Shown in pieces: positions 17,981 to 25,624 of a stretch of DNA of 32,000 nt. The stretch covers positions 2,340,001 through 2,372,000 of the forward strand of contig OW818675.1 of assembly GCA_942493095.1 (NCBI GenBank), written 5' to 3'. Under the pieces are notes generated by a model. That model was not told the origin of the DNA. It saw only the letters and a list, made by a program, of their open reading frames with translations, and did no database searches. Position numbers and translations under genes: made by a program. The DNA is from Candidatus Electronema halotolerans. Its GTDB lineage: Bacteria > Desulfobacterota > Desulfobulbia > Desulfobulbales > Desulfobulbaceae. The stretch's first letter is position 1. Each line of letters starts with the position of its first letter.

Positions 17981-19450
17981 ATGCAATTAACCCTTCCTGG
18001 ATTCAGCAGCACCTCTGCCAAGAATACCTTTGCAGCTCCGGCAGCGTATCGCGGACTCTATGCCTTTCACAAATACTGGGGCAAAAAACCGGCGGAACCG
18101 ATAAGCTATCTTATTCAAAAGCTATGTCCTGAAAATGGCTTAGTGGTTGACCCTTTTCTAGGTTCTGGAGTTGCCGCTTTGGAAGCGGTTCGATTAAAAC
18201 GTAAATTTATTGGTATCGACATTAATCCTGTTGCTGTCAGGATAGCTCGTTTATTGATTTTGCCTCCGTCTGCCCGTTCTTTGCATGAAGCACTTTCGCA
18301 TGTCGAGATGCTTGCTAAAGAAAAAATTTTAAAAAGCTACGTTACATCTCAAAGAACACCTGCCACACATTATGTCTGGCGTAACGAAGTAATGGAGAAA
18401 GTTTGGCTGACTAACGGCAACTCCAGAAAACGAATTGAGTTGCCTCCAGAAGAAGAAGATATTTCTCTTGCAGAACAATTCGCATCCTATCAACCACAGC
18501 GGCTTCGCGCACCACGTTTTTTCACTAACTCGCGCATCAATTCTTCAGCAGCACTCACATTTAAGGATTTGTTCACAGGCCGGGCACTTCGTAATATCGA
18601 ACTGCTGCTCGCTGCGATAGATAATCTGCCAGCAGCAATGCAAGAGGCTATGATGCTTTCATTGACAGCAGCCGTTGGGCAGATGAGCAAGATGGTTTTT
18701 GCCATTACAGGCAGAGGCAAGACCAGCGGTTCGGCCAGTGATCGGATGGAGGTTGGTTCATGGGTTATTGGATACTGGAGACCGGAGCAGCACTTTGAAA
18801 TCAATGTGTGGGCTTGTTTTGAACGGCGGGTTCAAAAACTCATTAAAGCGGTTTCCGCTTTAGAAACAACTCGTTACGATATCACATCTGGTGAATGCAG
18901 TTCAGTTTGTGCCGACTCTGCGGATTGCGCGCTGCTTAACGGAGACACTTTGCGATATTTGCCAGATTTACCTGATAAATCAATAAATTTAATTATCACG
19001 GATCCTCCGCACGGAGATCGTATTCCTTACTTGGAACTATCTGAAATATGGAATGTCATCCTTGACGAAAAGCCGTTGTTTGAGTCAGAAATCGTCATAT
19101 CAAACGCCAAGGAACGGGCAAAAAAAATAGCCGATTACAATCAAGACATGTCCAGATTTCTTGATATTGCGAGCCAGAAGTTGAGCGACAGCGGCTGTCT
19201 TGTGCTTTTTTTCAATGCCCGCACCAAGACTGGTTGGAATTTTCTGAAAAATTTTTCGGACAATGCAGCAGGCATGGAATATCGCGGCTGTTTTCCATTG
19301 GTCTATTCAGCAGGTTCTGTTGTGCAAGACAACCGAGCTAAGGCCTTGCGCACAGATTATGGTCTCGTTTTCTCACGCTCGATGACTGTTCTCCCTCTGC
19401 TCACCGATATTCCCGGGTGGATGTCCAACCTTCCAGCACCGAAGGAATAA
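17981..19450 (+). CDS. DNA amino-methyltransferase (N6-adenine or N4-cytosine), motif order X-I...TRD...IV (alpha-like)
   Basis: 489 aa. FHKYWGKKP and VVDPFLGSGVAALEA (AdoMet motif I) with FIGIDINP sit near the N-terminus. The catalytic ITDPPHG is at about residue 345. The gene looks AT-rich relative to ddl and purF. Confidence 0.8.
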   Translation: MQLTLPGFSSTSAKNTFAAPAAYRGLYAFHKYWGKKPAEPISYLIQKLCPENGLVVDPFLGSGVAALEAVRLKRKFIGIDINPVAVRIARLLILPPSARSLHEALSHVEMLAKEKILKSYVTSQRTPATHYVWRNEVMEKVWLTNGNSRKRIELPPEEEDISLAEQFASYQPQRLRAPRFFTNSRINSSAALTFKDLFTGRALRNIELLLAAIDNLPAAMQEAMMLSLTAAVGQMSKMVFAITGRGKTSGSASDRMEVGSWVIGYWRPEQHFEINVWACFERRVQKLIKAVSALETTRYDITSGECSSVCADSADCALLNGDTLRYLPDLPDKSINLIITDPPHGDRIPYLELSEIWNVILDEKPLFESEIVISNAKERAKKIADYNQDMSRFLDIASQKLSDSGCLVLFFNARTKTGWNFLKNFSDNAAGMEYRGCFPLVYSAGSVVQDNRAKALRTDYGLVFSRSMTVLPLLTDIPGWMSNLPAPKE

Positions 19451-19452
19451 CT

Positions 19453-20544
19453 ATGTCATTGTCTTTCGCGCAGGCCGACACTCTTTTTCGAGAAAACAAG
19501 TTGAACCAGCTTTGTGCCACTGTTGAAGGACGACGTTTTCTCAATCTCCGTTCATTAAATCGTAAAGAACATCTCGAACGGCTCTTTCAAGCATCTGGTA
19601 TTGCACGACCAGATGTTAATTCACGACAACTTTTTCAAGAGGCATTCAATGCCAATATCGGCATAGAAATTATAGAGACTTGCATAGGAAATATTTACAG
19701 TGAGCAACGGAAATATCGTCGCGCAAACGAAGCGGAACTCGTGAATCAACTTTATCGTGTGCAGGAATTCAACTGGGGTGGTCTCCATCAAAATAGTCTT
19801 GAAAAAAGCATCGTTGATAATTATGTCAAGAAAATTAATGAGTACGAAGTTCTGTGCCGCAGTGTTGAGAACGAATTGCTTGTCAGCATGCGCGGCTATG
19901 TCATTTGCTCATGGTATAACCACTGGACCTCTATAATTATCGAAGATATTTTCAAAGACCATCCAACCGTTCTGCCTGCCATAGGACTGGTGAAGAAGAT
20001 CGACTTCTTCATTCAAGACATGCCGTTCGACTTGAAGGTGACGTATCTTCCTGAAGGCTTTCTGAAAGAAAAACGGAAGGCAGCCGGACTTCGACCCGAA
20101 CTTGTATTGCTCAAACGTGCAGCTCGTTCTCACAACCTGCCGATTCTTGGCAACGCAGCAGATGCCGTTTTGCTTCAAGATTTGTGGGCAAAAGTTTCTG
20201 ATCATCCATCTGCGGAATGCAGACAGCTAATTACTGAGCTTATCGGTTTCAGAAATGCACTTGTCAGTGCAATTGCAAGTGACCCTGACGAATTGATTCG
20301 CTGGCTCTATGAAAATCAAGGAGAGCGTCGTTTTGACGCTTCAAACCGTCTTTTTCTCGTGCTTGTTGATCAGCGTAATTATTTCGATTCATGGAAGCTG
20401 AAAAGGGAAAAGGCACTCATGGAGACAACAATTCACACATATTTAGATACGTTCAGCCTGAATCCAAATCGACAAATCGAGTTTAATTGGAAGGGACAGC
20501 GTTATGCGACGGTTTCTGATCTGATACTTGTTTGTCGTCAGTAA
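19453..20544 (+). CDS. Putative restriction endonuclease partner (PD-(D/E)xK-like), family not recognised
   Basis: 363 aa from the ATG at 19453 (GAAGGA SD; 2 nt after the methyltransferase stop). It has a candidate nuclease motif KKID-x8-DLK (D184...D193-L-K195, nt 20002-20037). I recognise no other motif. Confidence 0.5.
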   Translation: MSLSFAQADTLFRENKLNQLCATVEGRRFLNLRSLNRKEHLERLFQASGIARPDVNSRQLFQEAFNANIGIEIIETCIGNIYSEQRKYRRANEAELVNQLYRVQEFNWGGLHQNSLEKSIVDNYVKKINEYEVLCRSVENELLVSMRGYVICSWYNHWTSIIIEDIFKDHPTVLPAIGLVKKIDFFIQDMPFDLKVTYLPEGFLKEKRKAAGLRPELVLLKRAARSHNLPILGNAADAVLLQDLWAKVSDHPSAECRQLITELIGFRNALVSAIASDPDELIRWLYENQGERRFDASNRLFLVLVDQRNYFDSWKLKREKALMETTIHTYLDTFSLNPNRQIEFNWKGQRYATVSDLILVCRQ

Positions 20545-20644
20545 GTGGTTTTGGAAAGAGTGCTGCGATTTCTTGATAATGTCACATTTTTCACAGCACC
20601 ATGCAGTTGACGGAACTGATCAAACAGCGACTTGGCAGACAACA

Positions 20645-20680
20645 GGGCGCAAGGAATCTCTCCTTGTGCCCTTTCAATTT
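20645..20680 (+). terminator. Candidate intrinsic terminator after the methyltransferase/nuclease pair
   Basis: 11-bp stem GGGCGCAAGGA / TCCTTGTGCCC (one G-T wobble) with an ATCTC loop. An interrupted T tract TTTCAATTTT follows. Confidence 0.45.
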
Positions 20681-20707
20681 TATATTGGATGACACACAAC
20701 CAGCATA

Positions 20708-22138
20708 ATGGCTATGGAACAGCAAAAAGAGCGGACAAAGCCCGCCCATGAGTGCGGCATCTGCGGCATTTACGGCCACGAGGACGCGGCCAAGCTGACC
20801 TATTTCGGACTCTACGCCCTCCAGCACCGGGGCCAGGAGAGCGCGGGCATTGTCGCAGGCGACGGCCAGCACATGGTGCTGCACAAGGCAATGGGTCTGG
20901 TGCCGGAGGTCTTCAGCGAGACGAGACTTCAGCGGCTTTCCGGGCACCTTGCCGCAGGCCATGTGCGCTACTCCACCACCGGCGATTCCTCGATCATCAA
21001 CACCCAGCCCTTCATGATCATGCACCAAGGGCTGCAATTGGCCGTGGCCCACAACGGCAACTTGGTCAACTCGATGGAGCTGCGCAGCAAGCTGGAGCAG
21101 CAGGGGTCGATTTTTCAGACCACTATGGACAGCGAGATATTTGTCCACCTGCTGGCCCGCAACATGCACTTGGGCCTTGCTCCGGCCATCAAGGAGGCCT
21201 TTGCGGAAATTCAGGGGGCTTACTCGCTCCTGCTCATGACCCCGGACAGCTTGATCGCAGTGCGCGACCCGAACGGCTTCCGGCCTCTCTGTCTGGGCCG
21301 TCTGGAGAACGGTGGCTATGCCGTGGCCTCTGAGACCTGCGCCTTGGCTCTGATCAGTGCGGAATATGTCCGCGACGTGGAGCCGGGCGAAGTGCTGATC
21401 ATCAACAAGAACGGGCTGGGATCGGTCTTTCCGTGGCCGCCGCGCCGCCGCAGTTTCTGCATTTTCGAGCAGGTTTATTTTGCCCGCCCGGACAGCGACA
21501 TTTTTGGCTGCAATGTTTATCTGACTCGCAAGCGGATGGGCGAGATTCTGGCACGGGAGACCAATATTGATGCAGATTTTGTCATGCCTTTCCCGGATTC
21601 CGGCAACTACGCGGCCATCGGCTATTCCCAAGCCTCCGGCATTCCGCTGGAAATGGGCATGATCCGCAACCACTATGTGGGCCGCACCTTTATCCAGCCC
21701 TCACAGGCGATGCGTGATTTCTCGGTCCGGGTCAAGCTCAACCCGGTGCGGCCTTTGATCGACGGCAGGCGGGTGATCATTGTTGAGGACTCGATCATTC
21801 GCGGCACCACAGGCAGGAGTCGGGTGCGCGCCCTGCGCACCGCCGGAGCCAAGGAAGTTCACATGCTGGTCTCCTGCCCGCCGACCAGACACGCCTGTTA
21901 TTACGGCATTGATTTTCCCTGCTGCAAGGAGCTGATAGCGGGTAAAATATCCGTGGATGCCATCCGCGACCACATGGGCTTGGACTCGCTGACCTATCTC
22001 AGCTTGAACGGGCTGGTTGAGGCCACAGGCCTGAAAAAGGAGGATTTCTGTCTTGCCTGCTTTGACGGCATTTATCCGGTCGCGCCAAACACCACCTTCA
22101 CCAAGGACGCGCTGGCCTGCTGGCGCAAGTGTTCGTAA
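20708..22138 (+). CDS. purF: Amidophosphoribosyltransferase
   Basis: 476 aa. A short propeptide precedes the catalytic CGICGIYG. YALQHRGQESAGI is present. The PRTase motif is VIIVEDSIIRGTT. C-terminal cysteines are consistent with the Fe-S type. Confidence 0.93.
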   Translation: MAMEQQKERTKPAHECGICGIYGHEDAAKLTYFGLYALQHRGQESAGIVAGDGQHMVLHKAMGLVPEVFSETRLQRLSGHLAAGHVRYSTTGDSSIINTQPFMIMHQGLQLAVAHNGNLVNSMELRSKLEQQGSIFQTTMDSEIFVHLLARNMHLGLAPAIKEAFAEIQGAYSLLLMTPDSLIAVRDPNGFRPLCLGRLENGGYAVASETCALALISAEYVRDVEPGEVLIINKNGLGSVFPWPPRRRSFCIFEQVYFARPDSDIFGCNVYLTRKRMGEILARETNIDADFVMPFPDSGNYAAIGYSQASGIPLEMGMIRNHYVGRTFIQPSQAMRDFSVRVKLNPVRPLIDGRRVIIVEDSIIRGTTGRSRVRALRTAGAKEVHMLVSCPPTRHACYYGIDFPCCKELIAGKISVDAIRDHMGLDSLTYLSLNGLVEATGLKKEDFCLACFDGIYPVAPNTTFTKDALACWRKCS

Positions 22139-22191
22139 AACAAACTGCGGAGCATGCAGGCTCGACCTGCCCGCAGCTCAGGAGAAGCAGC

Positions 22192-22395
22192 ATGGCGGAA
22201 ATCATCATTGACAGCTACCGGTGCAGCGGCTGCGGCACCTGCGTGGAAATGTGCCCGGAAGTCTTTCGCTTGGACAGCATCACGGAAAAGGCGGAATTGA
22301 TCGCAGCAGCCTTGCCAGTCACAGATGCGGTCTATCAGGCGGCAGCCTTCTGCCCGGAGAAGTGCATCCAGATTGAAAGCAGAACAAACGCATGA
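22192..22395 (+). CDS. Small single-cluster ferredoxin
   Basis: 67 aa from the ATG at 22192 (GGAGAAG SD). CSGCGTCVEMCP plus a distal FCPEKC give the CxxCxxC...CP ligand pattern. Confidence 0.75.
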   Translation: MAEIIIDSYRCSGCGTCVEMCPEVFRLDSITEKAELIAAALPVTDAVYQAAAFCPEKCIQIESRTNA

Positions 22396-22534
22396 CTTCT
22401 GCAATGCAAGCAGTGGAACATGAAGATATGGCCTTCCTGTTGCGTGACAATTTGAGTTGAATAATAATGGTTATGCAATCAGGACGGCTGACAGGAACTC
22501 GTCGCAAGCAGCGGGGTGTCTTCGGCAATGAAAA

Positions 22535-22564
22535 GCCTCTGCCGATTGCGGCAGGGGCTTTTTT
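22535..22564 (+). terminator. Strong rho-independent terminator in the ferredoxin-nadA spacer
   Basis: 10-bp stem GCCTCTGCCG / CGGCAGGGGC (one G-T wobble) with an ATTG loop, followed by TTTTTT. Confidence 0.75.
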
Positions 22565-22647
22565 GCTTGTCGCCGCCGCAGAAAATTGGTTTGATGCGGA
22601 CGCAGGAGGAGGTTTTCTGATCCGGCAAACATTGAACGGAGCTGATC

Positions 22648-23724
22648 ATGGCATTATTCATTCCGGCAAAGCAGAAGGAAGAAGAAATTCTTGCCCGCAT
22701 CGCGGCCCGCAAGGCCGAGCTGGCTGACCGGCTGCTCATTCTCAGTCATCACTACCAGCAGGAGGCAGTGCATCAGTTTGCCGACCTGACCGGCGACTCG
22801 CTTCGGCTGGCGCGGGAGGCCGCCGCAATCAAGGATCGGCAGTTTCTGGTCTTCTGCGGAGTCCATTTCATGGCTGAAGCGGCGGACATCTTGGCTGCCG
22901 AGGCGCAGCAGGTCATCCTGCCGCATAAAAGCGCGGGCTGCCCGATGGCGGATATGTCCTCACAGCCTGCGGTGGCGGCAGCGTGGGCGGAATTGCGGCA
23001 CGTCACCGGCCTGCCGGAAGAGCGGATGGTGCCTGTCACTTATGTCAACTCCTCGGCAGTGGTGAAAAGTTTTGTCGGCGAGCATGGCGGCGCAGCCTGC
23101 ACTTCCTCCAATGCCAAGCGGGTGCTGGAATGGGCTTTGGCGCAAGGCGATTTGGTCTTTTTCTTCCCAGATCAGCATCTGGGCCGCAATGCCGCCTCGT
23201 TTCTTGGCCTGCCAGATGAACAAGTTGCGCTCTGGCGGCGGGGCGAGCCGCTGGGCGGCTGTACGCAGGAGGAACTGCGGCGGGCCAAGGTGGTGCTCTG
23301 GGACGGCTACTGCGAAGTGCATCTGCGCATTTTTCCTGATCATGTCCGGCAATGGCGAGTCCGTGACACGCAGGCGGTGATCATGGTCCATCCTGAATGC
23401 CGCCATGAGGTGGTGGAGCTGGTCGATCTGTCCGGCTCCACAGAAGAGATTGTGGCTGCGGTGGAGGGCAGCGAGCCGGGCAGCCGCTGGGTGATCGGCA
23501 CTGAGCTGAACTTGGTCAAGCGGCTGGCCCGCCAGCACCCGGACAAGAACATTCAACCGCTGGCTCCACATTGCTCCTGTCCAACCATGTCCATGATCAG
23601 CCCGACCAGCCTGCTGGAGGTGCTGGACAATCTGGCTGAAGACCGGGTGATAAATCAGATCAAGGTGCCGGAGCACATTGCGGCGCAGGCAAAGAAATGC
23701 TTGGACCGGATGCTGGCGATCTGA
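22648..23724 (+). CDS. nadA: Quinolinate synthase
   Basis: 358 aa. LILSHHYQQEAVHQFADLTGDSL, FCGVHFMAEAADIL, YVNSSA and VHPEC motifs. Confidence 0.9.
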   Translation: MALFIPAKQKEEEILARIAARKAELADRLLILSHHYQQEAVHQFADLTGDSLRLAREAAAIKDRQFLVFCGVHFMAEAADILAAEAQQVILPHKSAGCPMADMSSQPAVAAAWAELRHVTGLPEERMVPVTYVNSSAVVKSFVGEHGGAACTSSNAKRVLEWALAQGDLVFFFPDQHLGRNAASFLGLPDEQVALWRRGEPLGGCTQEELRRAKVVLWDGYCEVHLRIFPDHVRQWRVRDTQAVIMVHPECRHEVVELVDLSGSTEEIVAAVEGSEPGSRWVIGTELNLVKRLARQHPDKNIQPLAPHCSCPTMSMISPTSLLEVLDNLAEDRVINQIKVPEHIAAQAKKCLDRMLAI

Positions 23725-23815
23725 TTGCAAAGCTGAGGGATTGACGGTTGAGCGGAGCACGTGCCGTCTTTACTTTCTGAGGTTGTCACAATGACACTCC
23801 GGGGCGCCCTGGGTT

Positions 23816-24589
23816 ATGACTGTAGGCCGGAATCCGCAGGTTCATGAACCTGCTCTGCAAAAGCCCCTGACTGACGACAGCTTCTTCAATGGCCAAGTCA
23901 TCTGTCATCAGCATCAGGACGGCTACCGCTTTTCCATTGACGCGGTGCTGCTGGCCCACTTTTGCCGACCAGCAGGGCAGGACGACAAGATATTGGATAT
24001 TGGCTGCGGCTGCGGGGTGATCGGCCTGATTCTCTGCCACCGCTTTCCAAAACTGCGCCTGACCGGGCTGGAGCTGCAACCTGCCTTGGCAGAACTGGCC
24101 CGGAATAATGTCATGGCGAATCAGTGGCAAGACCGCTTTGCCGTCCTCCAAGGTGATCTGCGCAAGATAAAGGAATACGTCAAGCCGGAATCATTTGACT
24201 GTGTCCTGAGCAATCCGCCGTTTTATCAACTGAGGAACGGGAGAGTCAGTCAGGCAGACGAATACGCTCTGGCTAAACATGAATTGGCTGCTGACCCAGC
24301 TTCCGTGCTGGCGGCGGCAGCCTTTGCGGTCAGGAATCGGGGGACGGTCTGCTGTGTTTATCCAGCCGGGCGGCTGGCAGCAATTTTGGCTGTGATGCAG
24401 GAACACCTGCTGGCACCTAAACGCCTTCAGCCGGTGTACAGTTATCCTGAAGATGACCAAGCGCGTTTGGTTCTGCTTGAGGCGGTGAAAAACGGCGGCC
24501 TAGGACTGTGCCTCCTGCCGCCGCTCTACATTTACCAGCGCAAGAACGGGCCGTATTCACCGGCATTGCAGGCGATGTATCGCTTATGA
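23816..24589 (+). CDS. tRNA (adenine-N6)-methyltransferase-like SAM enzyme (YfiC/TrmN6 architecture)
   Basis: 257 aa. GYRFSIDAVLLA, motif I ILDIGCGCGVIGLIL and catalytic SNPPFY. Confidence 0.75.
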   Translation: MTVGRNPQVHEPALQKPLTDDSFFNGQVICHQHQDGYRFSIDAVLLAHFCRPAGQDDKILDIGCGCGVIGLILCHRFPKLRLTGLELQPALAELARNNVMANQWQDRFAVLQGDLRKIKEYVKPESFDCVLSNPPFYQLRNGRVSQADEYALAKHELAADPASVLAAAAFAVRNRGTVCCVYPAGRLAAILAVMQEHLLAPKRLQPVYSYPEDDQARLVLLEAVKNGGLGLCLLPPLYIYQRKNGPYSPALQAMYRL

Positions 24590-25624
24590 GCCGGGTGGCT
24601 TGGCCCGATTCAGTTTAGCTCTGACAAGGAAGGCCGGAACAGCGGCGGCAGCCAGCAGGCCGAGGCCCAGCAAGGGTCGGAAGGTGATCCACGCTGCGGC
24701 AATGGTGACAAGGAAGAACACCCATGCGGTCAGGAATGAGATGATGCCTATCCCTGTGCTGATGCCATGTATATCCGCCCGCATGGAGAGCATCCTGAGC
24801 AGCAGGAACAAACCGGCAAACATGAGGATAAAGCCGAGCAGCCGCAGTCTCCACGTCAGCCCAATTTTCTCTCCTTCCGCTTTATGAAAGATATGCCTTG
24901 CTGTCAGCAGACCTGCCTTGACGGCAAACAGCTCTCTGCCCGATGAAGCGGGAAACGGCGTGAGGCTGCTGCCGTTCTGCCGGGCGATGACGCTGATTTC
25001 CTGCTGCGGCACAATCTCAAAGCTGATTCGCAGGTCGCCGATCTGCGGCAAGGCCGGATTGTCGCCAATATAGAAGCCGCCCTCCTGCCGTTGCGCCCGT
25101 CCTGCCAGCTCCTTTGGCAACGTCAGTTTGATGCTGATCAGCAGCGGCTGGGCCTCGTCGATTTTGCGCACTAAGGAAGCTGGCAGGGTGAACGCACCGA
25201 GCCTGACTTTAGCCGCAAGCTGTTCCGCATTCTGATAGGGCATGGAGCCGGGGTTCTTATGATTGGCCGAGTTGATGACGCGGTCAGACCAGACTTTGCC
25301 GTATGATTTGGCCGAATCCTCATGCCATTGATACATTTCCACCTTGCGCCGCAACTTGAGGGCCTTGGCAGCCACGCCGAAGACCGGATCAATGAGCGCA
25401 GTCTCAGTGACGGTCATGCCGGTGACATGCACCAATCTGCCTTGGTTGGCGGGGTCAACTCGGTCCGCAGGCACAGAGCGCACGGCTGCCGTGCCTGCTC
25501 TTATGGTTTTGCAGATATGCACCGATTGTCGCGCATTCCAGAACAGGAGGACAATGGCGACAAGGACGAGCATCAGGCCGATAATGCCGCCGGTGACAAC
25601 GCGGCGGCGACAGTCTTCAGACAT
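24584..25624 (-). CDS. TMEM43/LUMA-family (DUF1625) membrane protein, shorter paralogue
   Basis: 346 aa. N-terminal TM ending LLFWNARQS, PADRVDPANQGRLVHV, KLRRKVEMYQWHE, NHKNPG, IGDLRISFEIV, and C-terminal TM helices ending WITFRPLLG. Confidence 0.8.
   Translation of the reverse strand: MSEDCRRRVVTGGIIGLMLVLVAIVLLFWNARQSVHICKTIRAGTAAVRSVPADRVDPANQGRLVHVTGMTVTETALIDPVFGVAAKALKLRRKVEMYQWHEDSAKSYGKVWSDRVINSANHKNPGSMPYQNAEQLAAKVRLGAFTLPASLVRKIDEAQPLLISIKLTLPKELAGRAQRQEGGFYIGDNPALPQIGDLRISFEIVPQQEISVIARQNGSSLTPFPASSGRELFAVKAGLLTARHIFHKAEGEKIGLTWRLRLLGFILMFAGLFLLLRMLSMRADIHGISTGIGIISFLTAWVFFLVTIAAAWITFRPLLGLGLLAAAAVPAFLVRAKLNRAKPPGS
25034..25120. repeat. Near-identical 87-nt tract shared by the two TMEM43-like genes (copy A)
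   Basis: 84 of 87 nt are identical to 26109-26195 by hand alignment. The same region in both genes encodes ..LAGRAQRQ(E/D)GGFYIGDNPA.PQIGD.. Confidence 0.85.

Noticed and set aside
19417-19452. Earlier start for the nuclease-candidate ORF; likewise 30692 for tpiA and 22129 for the ferredoxin
   Set aside because: The downstream ATGs (19453, 30716, 22192) have proper SD spacing, avoid overlaps and match the conserved N-termini.
17952-20599. 8-bp inverted repeat (GTGCTGTG at 17952-17959 / CACAGCAC at 20592-20599) flanking the methyltransferase/nuclease block
   Set aside because: It is too short to distinguish from chance. There is no target-site duplication and no integrase or transposase gene in the block.
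20591-21673. 360-aa minus-strand ORF
   Set aside because: It lies entirely antisense to purF, whose identity is unambiguous. The translation is Arg/Ala/Gly/His-rich with no motifs. This is a typical shadow ORF in GC-rich coding DNA.
22396-22647. Naming the nadA-upstream spacer as an NAD+ riboswitch (nadA motif)
   Set aside because: I cannot reproduce the consensus from memory, and I see no tandem bulged-stem domains. Only the terminator is solid. It is kept as an unnamed candidate leader/sRNA.
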